Part shown: piece after piece, positions 8,675 to 19,273 of the stretch
Layout of the letters: each line of letters opens with the position of its first letter
Numbering within the stretch: the stretch's first letter is position 1
DNA from: an uncultured Pseudomonadota bacterium
Lineage (GTDB): Bacteria; SAR324; NAC60-12
Length of the DNA stretch: 33,245 nt
Direction of reading: 5' to 3'
Assembly (NCBI GenBank): GCA_913020725.1
Contig: CAJWCD010000019.1
Coordinates: 1-33,245, forward strand
The notes under the pieces: generated by a model
Databases searched by the model: none
The model's input: only the letters and a program-made list of their open reading frames with translations
Told to the model about the DNA's origin: nothing
Program-made: the position numbers and the translations under genes

Positions 8675-8752
8675 TGTAGGGCAGCTCAAGCAAAGCGGAG
8701 CCGCATTTGTCAAAGGCGCGTGGCGCATCCGCTCCGCTTGATGCGCCCTACA
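8675..8752. repeat. REP doublet (REPIN-like), GTAG family
   Basis: GTAGGGCAGCTCAAGCAAAGCGGAGCCGCA on + faces GTAGGGCGCATCAAGCGGAGCGGATGCGCC on -; intergenic. Confidence 0.7.
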
Positions 8753-8754
8753 AT

Positions 8755-10059
8755 TCAATCCGTCTGAAGGTCAGGGCGCGTTTCCAGAAACCTCCGCAGT
8801 CCCGCGTGATCCTCGCTGGCGTTGCGGATGCACCGCACACCGTCTGCCAGCACCGGCAGGTCCGAAGCCGTGGAAAGCCGCAGGAAATGCAGACCGTCGG
8901 CTCCAACCTGCCCAAAGGACTTGCGGTCCAACACCGCGACGCGATGTCCGTAAAGCGCGAAAAGCTGGAAGAGTCCGGAGGGCGAGGTCGCTTGGCGTTC
9001 GGCCTCTGGAAGTTGGGCGTGGTACTCGACCAGACCCAACTGTTCGCAGACGCCGGAAATGTTCGGAAAGAGGTAGAACGCCCCGCCCGGTTTTTGGCAG
9101 GACACGCCGGGAATGTCGTTGAGTTGCTGCCAAATCACGTTGCGCCGCTGCTCGAAGGTGGCGACCATTTTGGCAATCACCGGAGCGGAAAGCGGACTTT
9201 CCAGCGCGAGCTTCGCGGCCTCTTGATTGTACGGTGCGGTGCAGGAGAAGTAGTTGATGTTGAGCCGCGTGAAAACCTCCGCTTCCTCGACTGTGGGAAA
9301 CACGGCATAGCCGATGCGACCGCCTGTCCATGCGTAGGTTTTGGAAAAACCGCTGGCGATGATCGTGCGCTCGGGCATGCCCGGAACTGCCGTGATTGAG
9401 GCGTGTTGCTGACCGTCAAAGAGGATGTTCTCGTAAATCTCGTCCGAATACACCCGCAGGTCCGGACGGCCCTTTTCCAGAATCACCTTGGCGATGCCCT
9501 CCAATTGCTCACGGGTCGCCACGCCTCCGGTGGGATTGGAGGGGAAATTGAGGTAGATCACCTTCGTCTTCGGAGTGATCAACGCTTCCAACTGCTCCGG
9601 CGTGAAGGTGAATCCCGTCACCTCATCGAGGTGGAGCGGCACCGGAACGGCCCGGACATAGCGGATGAAGGATTCGTAAATCGGGAATCCGGGACTGGGA
9701 TAGATGACCTCGTCTCCCGGATCACAATAGACCTGCTGCGTGAGACCAATCGAGGGCTTGCCTCCGGGGAAAACGACCACCTGCTCCGGAGTGGTTTGCA
9801 GCCCACGGGTTTCGTTGACCTGACGACTGATCGCCTCCCGCAGTCCCGGAACCCCCTTGGGGTCGCAGTAGTGCGTGTTGTCAAGGTCCAGTTGCCGCTT
9901 GATCTCGGACTTGATGTGAGCGGGCAGGGCGAAGTCGGGTTCGCCCAAGTTGAGCTTGACGACCGCCCCGGAAGCCCGCTCCACCTTCACAATGTGCGGC
10001 CCAACCTTGAAGGCATTTTCGGTGTCGATGCGCTGATTGCGCTCAGCAAAAAGGGTCAT
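8755..10059 (-). CDS. PLP-dependent aminotransferase class I/II (aspartate aminotransferase-like)
   Basis: LNLGEPDF, NFPSNPTG, SDEIY, SGFSKTYAWTGGRIGY (PLP lysine), PGGAFYLF. Confidence 0.93.
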   Translation of the reverse strand: MTLFAERNQRIDTENAFKVGPHIVKVERASGAVVKLNLGEPDFALPAHIKSEIKRQLDLDNTHYCDPKGVPGLREAISRQVNETRGLQTTPEQVVVFPGGKPSIGLTQQVYCDPGDEVIYPSPGFPIYESFIRYVRAVPVPLHLDEVTGFTFTPEQLEALITPKTKVIYLNFPSNPTGGVATREQLEGIAKVILEKGRPDLRVYSDEIYENILFDGQQHASITAVPGMPERTIIASGFSKTYAWTGGRIGYAVFPTVEEAEVFTRLNINYFSCTAPYNQEAAKLALESPLSAPVIAKMVATFEQRRNVIWQQLNDIPGVSCQKPGGAFYLFPNISGVCEQLGLVEYHAQLPEAERQATSPSGLFQLFALYGHRVAVLDRKSFGQVGADGLHFLRLSTASDLPVLADGVRCIRNASEDHAGLRRFLETRPDLQTD

Positions 10060-10096
10060 CCGAGCAGTTTACAGTTCGAGTACAAACTTTATCATG

Positions 10097-10483
10097 TCAC
10101 CACACTCGAGCCACATCATACTGATCAAACATTCGATCACTGCTGATCATAGGAATACCCTCCACTATTGCCTGTGCAATGATCAAGCGGTCAAAGGGAT
10201 CACGATGGTGAAAGGGTAACTCTGTAACACACGAAGTGTGAGCGACAGAAATCGGCAACAGAGTCATGTGGTTGGCTTGTAACTGATCGTCCCAGAACAG
10301 ATCAAATGGTTCCGGAAGTTCGTATTTGCCCAGACTCACCTTGATGGCAATCTCCCACAAGCTGGCTGGACTGGTGATTATCTGTGTTTCCAGTTCGACG
10401 ATGACGGTTCTGGCTTTGTTGGTCAGCCGAGCATCGTCCAGCAAAAACCACAACAACGCCTGAGTGTCCAGCAGCAGACTCAT
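10097..10483 (-). CDS. vapC: Type II toxin, VapC/PIN family
   Basis: LLLDTQALLW, SLWEIAIK..LGK, HRDPFDRLIIAQA, SSD motifs. Confidence 0.92.
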   Translation of the reverse strand: MSLLLDTQALLWFLLDDARLTNKARTVIVELETQIITSPASLWEIAIKVSLGKYELPEPFDLFWDDQLQANHMTLLPISVAHTSCVTELPFHHRDPFDRLIIAQAIVEGIPMISSDRMFDQYDVARVW

Positions 10484-10701
10484 GTCAGATATTCCTTGAA
10501 GTCCCCGAGATGTTCGTCATCTTCGGTGACGATGCTCAACCGTCCTTTGGCACTCCCCGGAGAGCGTCGAGGCGGCGCTAGGGTTTCCTCAAATGTCGCC
10601 ACAACCCGGACACACTTTCCATAAGCTTGGCGATACTGTTCCGGAAAATGCACATTGCCATTTTGGTCAATAGCGGTTTCTAACTCAATGGGTTCCATCA
10701 C
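10480..10701 (-). CDS. Putative antitoxin (DUF2281-like C-terminus)
   Basis: 73 aa, overlaps the vapC start by 4 bp (ATGA); RRSPGSAKG...EDDEHLGDFKEY tail typical of VapC partners. Confidence 0.75.
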   Translation of the reverse strand: MMEPIELETAIDQNGNVHFPEQYRQAYGKCVRVVATFEETLAPPRRSPGSAKGRLSIVTEDDEHLGDFKEYLT

Positions 10702-10785
10702 ATTCCTTGTTGAGTACTCAAAAATAAGTAAACGGCTCCCCCTCCATACTTCCAGATTGAGGAAGACAAGGCAAAAACCAAATCT

Positions 10786-10935
10786 TCAGAATCCTAAAGC
10801 TTTCAGTTCACGCTCAAGGCAACTGTAGTAAGCCGGGCCACTGTACCTACGTGTAAGCCTACATGACTGTTCAATGTGATCTCTTTCAGTTGCACTCACT
10901 GCGGACAAGTCTATCCCTGAATTCCGCACTGTGCT
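10786..10935 (-). pseudogene. Probable C-terminal remnant of a Cys-pair helical-repeat protein
   Basis: Lower-GC segment reading IDLSAVSATERDHIEQSCRLTRRYSGPAYYSCLERELKALGF* with no start of its own. Confidence 0.35.
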
Positions 10936-10943
10936 GTAAGAAT

Positions 10944-11807
10944 TCACCGGGAAAACACCCCACTCTGCAACGGCGTTTCTAGGCGTCGTCCAAAGCACAG
11001 CACCACGAGCAGGGTGAAGAGGAACATCCGCAGCAAACCTTCCAAGACCTGATCCATGAGCAGGAAGGGGTCGAGTTGGTCGAAGTTCGCAAACGCCGGG
11101 GCAAACTCTGCAACGACAAACACCAACGATCCCAGCATCACGGTGAGTTCCACAGACCCACGCAAGAACACGCTCAGCACGGGCCAGAGCGCCACAGCGA
11201 TCACGATTCCGCGCAGGGCAAGCAGCGCCGCCATCGTTTCGAGTTCCGGGTGCTGCAAGAACTCTTGGCCCGCCGTGAGGGTGACGGTCCAGTTTCCATC
11301 GCCCGTGATCAGTGCATGAATGGCGACAAACAAAACGGGGTAGCCCAGCCCACAGCCGATCAACTTGAGGACTCCAACACGGTCGCAGTCGTAGCGCATC
11401 CGTCCTCGCAGCAAGCGGAAGTGGATTTGCCGCACGTCTGAGGGGATCAGGAACGGAGTCAACACCGCAACTCCGAATAACGCAGCAGCGTCTGGCAGCA
11501 TCCGAATCCAGTACGCCTCGTCCAGCGGCAAGCGCCACATCAGCCGTTCCAGCACCGCCCCCAAAGGCCCCACCAGCAACAGCAGCCACGCCAGCACTCC
11601 AATTGCCATCAGCGGAGTCCAGTAAAGCATTCTCGCAACCGGGCGCACTGCAAAACCGATCAGCACCCCCGCTAAAAATTGGAAAGTGAAATCCTGCACG
11701 ACTGCAAGTTCGGAGTCAACGGCTTGCAGTGCCAGCATTTTGGCCATCGCATAGCCTGCTCCCAGCGCAGTGGGTGTGAGGTATTTACCTAGTCCAGAAC
11801 TCAGCAT
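10944..11807 (-). CDS. Hypothetical polytopic membrane protein (about 8 TM helices)
   Basis: Multiple hydrophobic segments; start trimmed to ATG 11807 because the longer ORF is antisense to folP. Confidence 0.7.
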   Translation of the reverse strand: MLSSGLGKYLTPTALGAGYAMAKMLALQAVDSELAVVQDFTFQFLAGVLIGFAVRPVARMLYWTPLMAIGVLAWLLLLVGPLGAVLERLMWRLPLDEAYWIRMLPDAAALFGVAVLTPFLIPSDVRQIHFRLLRGRMRYDCDRVGVLKLIGCGLGYPVLFVAIHALITGDGNWTVTLTAGQEFLQHPELETMAALLALRGIVIAVALWPVLSVFLRGSVELTVMLGSLVFVVAEFAPAFANFDQLDPFLLMDQVLEGLLRMFLFTLLVVLCFGRRLETPLQSGVFSR

Positions 11808-11916
11808 CAGTTTCAAATTTGACGATTTGTGTAGAAGCCCGGAAGATATTGATGAGGCCGGACCACAAGCTATTACTTTAGGAAGCCGACCTGCAAATCT
11901 CAAACTGACGAAACCG

Positions 11917-13913
<1,997 letters not shown>

Positions 13914-13915
13914 CC

Positions 13916-14578
13916 ATGTGCGGACGCTACGCCCAAGCCGAGACCGAAGCAACCGTCATGCAGACCTTTGGAGTGCAATTCTCCGAGGTGCTGTTGACTC
14001 CGCGCTACAATGTTGCGCCCTCGCAGGAGGTGCCGGTGATTGTGCAGGAGTCCGGAGTGCGTCGGTTAGAACTGCGGCGTTGGGGGCTGATTCCGTCGTG
14101 GGCGAAGGAAACCGGGAAGGGCATGATCAACGCACGGGCCGAGACGGTTGCCGAAAAACCCTCCTTCCGTAACGCGCTTTTCCGGAGACGCTGCCTGCTG
14201 CCTGCCACGGGATTTTATGAGTGGCAGAAAAGCCCGGAAGGCAAGCAGCCCCTCTTCATCCGCCTGAAGGAAAACCAGCCGATGGGCATGGCCGGACTCT
14301 GGGAGCTTTGGCGCGATCCGGAGTCCGGACAGGTGCAGCGCACCTTCACGATCATCACGGTTGCGGCCAATGCGTTCATGGCTCCCATCCACCAGCGTAT
14401 GCCCGTGATTCTCGATGCCACCGCTGCTGGCTGCTGGCTGGACGAATCCCGTAAGTCCGCCGAGCAACTGCTGAACCTGCTCAAACCCTGTGATCCGGAA
14501 TCGCTGGAGGCGTGGCCCGTCTCCAAACAGGTCAACTTCCCGCGCTACGACGCTCCGGATTGCCTCACGCCGCTTTGA
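13916..14578 (+). CDS. SOS response-associated peptidase (SRAP, YedK/HMCES family)
   Basis: N-terminal MCGRY at ATG 13916; RYNVAPSQ, WGLIP, INARAET, FYEW, IHQRMPVIL. Confidence 0.93.
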   Translation: MCGRYAQAETEATVMQTFGVQFSEVLLTPRYNVAPSQEVPVIVQESGVRRLELRRWGLIPSWAKETGKGMINARAETVAEKPSFRNALFRRRCLLPATGFYEWQKSPEGKQPLFIRLKENQPMGMAGLWELWRDPESGQVQRTFTIITVAANAFMAPIHQRMPVILDATAAGCWLDESRKSAEQLLNLLKPCDPESLEAWPVSKQVNFPRYDAPDCLTPL

Positions 14579-14659
14579 TCCCGGCTTGGCGGCTCCGCGC
14601 AGTCTAAGCCCGACCTGACCACAAGCGCAGTGGCTCTGAACAATTCTAAAGGAGGAATC

Positions 14660-14845
14660 CTACTGCACAAGCAGGCTCCAGAACGACCGGGGTGAAAGAA
14701 TCCTCAGATTTTGTAAACGCTCCAAGGCCAGCAGTTCCTTGTCTCCGGTAATCATCATGTCGGCTTTGCTTGCAAGAGCAGCAGCCAGCAGAGGATTCGT
14801 CGCATCGGGATTCCTTGAAGGAGTGAATGAGGGTTCGTGCCGATT
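14660..14845 (-). pseudogene. C-terminal remnant of a PIN-family toxin (TIGR00305-like)
   Basis: Frame absent from the ORF track reads ...SRNPDATNPLLAAALASKADMMITGDKELLALERLQNLRILSPRSFWSLLVQ*; in-frame stop upstream at 14846-14848. Confidence 0.7.
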
Positions 14846-14908
14846 CTAACGCGATGCTGTGGGCAGGATAAGGGTTTTGGTTTTCAGCCACGGATTTCGC
14901 GGGTTATC

Positions 14909-15841
14909 TCAGAGGTAGCCTCCACTGGCGGAGAGTCGGGCGTGGTAGCGGTGCAAACCCTCTTCGAGCGAGAGGAAGTCGTGTCGGTAGCCCGCCTTCC
15001 GGACTTGGGTGAGGTCGGCTTCGGTGAACTCTTGGTACTTGCCGCGCAAGTCTTCTGGAAAGGGAATCGCTTCGCGTACACCGCTGCCATGCAGTTGTTG
15101 AAGCGCGGTGCCGATGTCTGCAAAGCTGCGGGCGTGTCCGGTGCCGCAGTTGAAGATGCCGCTGGTGCCGGATTCCCAGAAATGCAGGTTCATGCGCACG
15201 GTGTCGTCCACATGGATGAAATCGCGCCGGAAGCCCCCGCTGCCCTCGAAGAGCTTCATGGTCCCGGACTCCCGGAGTTGGTGGAAGAGGTGGAACGCGA
15301 CTGAGGCCATGCGTTTCTTGTGATTTTCCTGCGGGCCGTACACATTGAAGTAACGCAGGCCTAGTACCTGCGATTCGGCTTTTGGGAGCCAACGCCGGAC
15401 GTGGTTGTCGAACGCGAATTTTGAGAAGGCGTACACATTGAGGGGGTATTCGCACTTGGGGTCTTCCGAAAAGCCCTGTTCGCCATTTCCATAAACCGAG
15501 GCGCTGGAGGCGTAGAGGAAGGGAATGCGGTGTTCCAGCGCGAAGTGCAGCAGGCGCTTGGAGTACTGGTAGTTGTTGCGCATCATGTACTCGCCGTCGC
15601 TCTCGGTCGTAGACGAACACGCGCCTTGGTGGAAGATCGCCCGCACCTCCCGGAACTGCTCCAACTGTTCCAGAAACTCGGTCTTGTCAAGGAAATCCGC
15701 AATGCGTACGCGGTTGAGGTTGAGGTGTTTTACTGAATTTTTGAGGTGGTCCACGACAAGGAGATTGTCCTCGCCTGCGTCGTTGAGTCCCCGGACGAGG
15801 TTGCTGCCGATGAAGCCGGCGCCGCCTGTGACGATAATCAT
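14909..15841 (-). CDS. hldD: ADP-L-glycero-D-manno-heptose 6-epimerase
   Basis: [51 protein letters not shown]. Confidence 0.95.
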   Translation of the reverse strand: MIIVTGGAGFIGSNLVRGLNDAGEDNLLVVDHLKNSVKHLNLNRVRIADFLDKTEFLEQLEQFREVRAIFHQGACSSTTESDGEYMMRNNYQYSKRLLHFALEHRIPFLYASSASVYGNGEQGFSEDPKCEYPLNVYAFSKFAFDNHVRRWLPKAESQVLGLRYFNVYGPQENHKKRMASVAFHLFHQLRESGTMKLFEGSGGFRRDFIHVDDTVRMNLHFWESGTSGIFNCGTGHARSFADIGTALQQLHGSGVREAIPFPEDLRGKYQEFTEADLTQVRKAGYRHDFLSLEEGLHRYHARLSASGGYL

Positions 15842-16326
15842 GAGCGTTCCCGAATGAGGTTCACAAGATTCGTGGTCGAACGTCCCTCCACGAAGGGGAT
15901 GATTTCTACGCGCCCGCCATTTTGAGTGACTGTGTCATAGCCGACAATCTCCTTAGCCTTGTAGTCCCCGCCCTTCACCAGCACATCCGGCAGCACCTCG
16001 CGGATCAGCGCATCCGGAGTGTTCTCCACGAAAACCACCACGAGGGACACGGACTCCAAGGCGCTCAGCACGAGGGCGCGGTCGTCCTCCGGAACCAGCG
16101 GGCGCGAGTTTCCCTTGAGCCGCTTGACTGAAACATCGGCATTCAACCCCAACACCAGTGCGTCTCCGAGTTCCCTTGCTGCTTGCAAGTATCGCACATG
16201 TCCGGCGTGGAGCAGATCAAAGCAACCATTGGTGAAAACGAGGCGTTTGCCACGCTCCCGGAGCAGGCTGAGCCGTGCGGGAAGGTTAGAGCGCGAGACG
16301 ATTTTGTTTTCGATTCCGGAGGGCAT
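15838..16326 (-). CDS. rfaE2: D-glycero-beta-D-manno-heptose 1-phosphate adenylyltransferase (stand-alone)
   Basis: [30 protein letters not shown]. Confidence 0.93.
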   Translation of the reverse strand: MPSGIENKIVSRSNLPARLSLLRERGKRLVFTNGCFDLLHAGHVRYLQAARELGDALVLGLNADVSVKRLKGNSRPLVPEDDRALVLSALESVSLVVVFVENTPDALIREVLPDVLVKGGDYKAKEIVGYDTVTQNGGRVEIIPFVEGRSTTNLVNLIRERS

Positions 16327-16340
16327 GTTGCGGTGCGTGG

Positions 16341-16356
16341 TTTGTCATTTGACAAA
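16341..16356. promoter_or_regulatory. Palindrome containing a TTGACA box in the divergent promoter region
   Basis: TTTGTCA-TT-TGACAAA; TTGACA at 16349-16354 faces the transport operon. Confidence 0.4.
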
Positions 16357-16495
16357 ACCCAGATTACAAGGTTATGCGCCAACGCGCAATTCGGGACGCA
16401 GCTCTGCCTTTACTGTCTTGGTCGTTTTTGTTAAAAAAGGTCAGATTTCTGCAACCCTTGCTTAGGAGGGTCATCTGCATCACTTTCTGCCATCC

Positions 16496-17326
16496 ATGAT
16501 CATGAGACACATCACCTGCGCTGTCGTGTTCTTGCTGGGATTGACCACACCCTTGTGGGCCGTCGAGTGCAAGGATCTCGATTCCAAGGCCAAGATCCAA
16601 CAGTTCCTCACCAAAGCTATGGACTCGAACCCGTTGCTGCGGGCAAAAGTCAGTGCAAAGTTTGAGGTCAGTCCATGCGAGGGCAAGGCCTGCAAATCGA
16701 AGAAGCTCCGGAAATCCTTTGCGGAAACCATCCACTTGGTGCGCAGTGGCAAGAACGCCCGGCTCTATTTTGTGAAGGGCGATCACGCGCCCGGCTGTCT
16801 GGTGCGGCGGGGTCAGCGACGCTTCCTCTGCTCCTCCTGCCGTTCCGGAAGCAACGAAAGCTGCCGGAGTTTCACGGCCAGCGATTCAAGCACTTGGCCT
16901 GGAACCAACATCGACACCTCCGATTTCAACCTGCTCAAAAAAGACATCTCCTCAGCAAAATGCCAGCCGCTCAAGAACAAGCAGGGCTTTCTGATGATCG
17001 AAAGTCTCCGGAGCGCCAAGCCCTATGACCGCATCCTCAGTTACTATGACAAGCAGAAGGAGGTGCCCATCACCGTGAACTTCTTCAACAAAGGTGTGCT
17101 GCGCAAGGTTTACCGTTTTTTCCCAAAATACTATGTGAAGGTCAAGGGTCAGTGGTTTTCCACCGTGATGCGCGTCCGCACCACCAAGGGGCGCGAAAAA
17201 GCCTACCTCTTTGAAACCCTCCTCCATATTCCTCGCAGCAAGGGTCGTCCGCAACTCTACCTGAATCCCAAGAAAGACCCCGCTCTGCGCACCGTGAGTT
17301 TGGACTCGTTGTTCGCCACCAACTGA
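16496..17326 (+). CDS. Secreted LolA-like (outer membrane lipoprotein-sorting family) protein, basic and Cys-rich
   Basis: Signal peptide; WPGTNIDTSDF resembles the family F.GSDF..ED motif; YDRILSYYDK...PITVNFFNKGVLRK; context next to an MMPL gene. Confidence 0.65.
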   Translation: MIMRHITCAVVFLLGLTTPLWAVECKDLDSKAKIQQFLTKAMDSNPLLRAKVSAKFEVSPCEGKACKSKKLRKSFAETIHLVRSGKNARLYFVKGDHAPGCLVRRGQRRFLCSSCRSGSNESCRSFTASDSSTWPGTNIDTSDFNLLKKDISSAKCQPLKNKQGFLMIESLRSAKPYDRILSYYDKQKEVPITVNFFNKGVLRKVYRFFPKYYVKVKGQWFSTVMRVRTTKGREKAYLFETLLHIPRSKGRPQLYLNPKKDPALRTVSLDSLFATN

Positions 17327-19260
17327 TGCGACTCACTTCCTCTTTCCCAAACAAGGCTGCTCGTTGCGGAATTTTCCTCGCGTTGGGGTGTTTTTTGGCG
17401 TTTGGCAGCCTTGCTCAAAGCCCATCACCGGTTACAAATTCCAACATTTCTCAAAGCCTGATCGAAGAAATCAAGAGTCGTTTTCCCGAATTAAGTGAGC
17501 AAGAAATCCAGGAGGCGTTGAAACGCCAGCAACTGGTCACGGGTGAACAGGTCACTCTGGAAAACTTGCCAGAATCCGTAGCACTATTTGAGGAAGATGA
17601 CTTGTTGGAGGAGCCGACTGCTGAAGATGAGCTGGAGCCAGAGCTGACGGATTCCGAGGAGGTGGTCAAATCCCCAGAGGAAGTTCTGGAGGAAGACCCT
17701 TTTGCCGAAGAGGGTGAGGACGGATTGGGTTTGGAGGAAGATCCCTTTGCGGAGGACTCCGAATCCGGGGCGGTGATCATCGAGGAAGACGGGGCTGGGT
17801 TGGGTTTGGAGGAAGACCCTTTTGCCGAAGATGGAGAAGGAGCCATCGTTGCTGATGAAAAAGGGTTGGTGGCTGAGAGTGTGGAAGTGCTGGTTGGCTC
17901 TCTGGAGGAACTCACTGGAGACAACGAAACCGAAGTTGAAGAAGTTGAACCCTTCCTCACCGAAGTGGATTTCACGCACTCGATCACCACGCAGGCAGGA
18001 TTCAGCGAAATCAAGGGGTTGTACCTGATCGACCCCAGCCTCAACAAGTTTCAGGAACTCCGGCTCAACACGAAGTATGAGCAAAGTGTGCGCATCCGCA
18101 CCTCGCCGAATCTCTACAATTACTTCCGGCTTGCCGTCAGCTTTACCCAGCACTACGAGATCAACCAGCAGCGTTTCTACGACCTGCTGCTGACCGTGCG
18201 GGAAATCTGGTCGAACTACCGCACCGGCTCCCACCAACTCCGCTACGGCACCCAACTCTTCAGTTTGGGTAAAGTGGACATTGACCGCACCATCGATGTC
18301 CTGCACTTGGGTAGCCTCATGGCATTTTACCTTGGCGATCCGGAAGCAACGAAAACCGCGCTGCCCGCCCTCAAATACAACTACTTCCGGGGGCCCCACA
18401 CCTTCACGGCCTACGCGGTTCCAATCCGCCAACAGACGGTCGGCATGGAGTTCACCGAATTCCGTGAGGGCATCGAGCAGGAGGAATCCGGGAAAAAATC
18501 GGAGGGCGGCTCCATTCTGCGGGACTACCTCGGATTGCAGTACCAGTGGTCCGGAGACATCCTTGACGCGAGGGTCGGTTTTTTCCACTGGTTTGACAGC
18601 GACACTGCTGTCTCCTTCAACTATGAGCGTTCTGACAACGCCTCCATCAATGCCAAGCGCAAGGCGTTTGAAAACCTTTTGGGCAACTATGTCGAGCGCG
18701 AATCCCGGACCAATTTTCTGACCCTTGAACTTGATGCAACTTGGCAGAATTACGTTTGGAAACTAGACCTCGGCCTTTTTGACCAGAAGAACGCCTACTC
18801 CTACGAAGCACCCACTTCCAGCAAACTGAACTTCTCCACCGTCCGGGCGCCTTATCGAGCTTGGGCGACCTCACTGGAAACCTCCACCGCTTACGGATAC
18901 GGAATCGTCGTGCTGTCCCAGCGACACTTCTCCAACGTGCCCGCGAACTCTCACCTCATCCTCTACGAAAACGAATCCAGCCTCGTCAACCGAGCCCGGA
19001 ACGTGGAGCGCTGGCAGTTGACCGGAATTGGTGTGCTGGAACCCACCGACGACTTGAGGGTGGCCTTAGTGGGTTACACGACTTGGCCGTTCTCACAGCG
19101 GGCGTTGATCGCCCAACTCACTTGGGATCGTGTGAAGGCGAACAACCAGTGGTCCATGCGGCTGGTACGCTTGGACACCGATACGCAAAAAATGTTGGGC
19201 AGTCCGGTTTCCTCGACCCAAGTGTTCGTGGTTTACACCGAGAAGTTCAAAACCGACTGA
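17326..19260 (+). CDS. Putative outer-membrane beta-barrel protein (DUF1302-like) with acidic N-terminal repeats
   Basis: Signal peptide, E/D-rich tract, then amphipathic aromatic strands (VREIW..Y, LRYGTQLFSLGK.D); TGATG coupling to the upstream gene. Confidence 0.6.
   Translation: MRLTSSFPNKAARCGIFLALGCFLAFGSLAQSPSPVTNSNISQSLIEEIKSRFPELSEQEIQEALKRQQLVTGEQVTLENLPESVALFEEDDLLEEPTAEDELEPELTDSEEVVKSPEEVLEEDPFAEEGEDGLGLEEDPFAEDSESGAVIIEEDGAGLGLEEDPFAEDGEGAIVADEKGLVAESVEVLVGSLEELTGDNETEVEEVEPFLTEVDFTHSITTQAGFSEIKGLYLIDPSLNKFQELRLNTKYEQSVRIRTSPNLYNYFRLAVSFTQHYEINQQRFYDLLLTVREIWSNYRTGSHQLRYGTQLFSLGKVDIDRTIDVLHLGSLMAFYLGDPEATKTALPALKYNYFRGPHTFTAYAVPIRQQTVGMEFTEFREGIEQEESGKKSEGGSILRDYLGLQYQWSGDILDARVGFFHWFDSDTAVSFNYERSDNASINAKRKAFENLLGNYVERESRTNFLTLELDATWQNYVWKLDLGLFDQKNAYSYEAPTSSKLNFSTVRAPYRAWATSLETSTAYGYGIVVLSQRHFSNVPANSHLILYENESSLVNRARNVERWQLTGIGVLEPTDDLRVALVGYTTWPFSQRALIAQLTWDRVKANNQWSMRLVRLDTDTQKMLGSPVSSTQVFVVYTEKFKTD
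17687..17830 (+). repeat. Three intragenic copies of LEEDPFAE
   Basis: TGGAGGAAGA(C/T)CC(T/C)TTTGC(C/G)GA present three times, two preceded by GLG codons. Confidence 0.85.
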
Positions 19261-19273
19261 ACCTTCAGACTCC

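Noticed and set aside
10786..11589. 267-aa ORF as a real gene
   Set aside because: Mostly an alternative frame of the membrane-protein gene; only the last 50 or so codons look protein-like.
14646..14891. 81-aa ORF from the track
   Set aside because: No motif; a different frame in the same interval matches a PIN toxin C-terminus.
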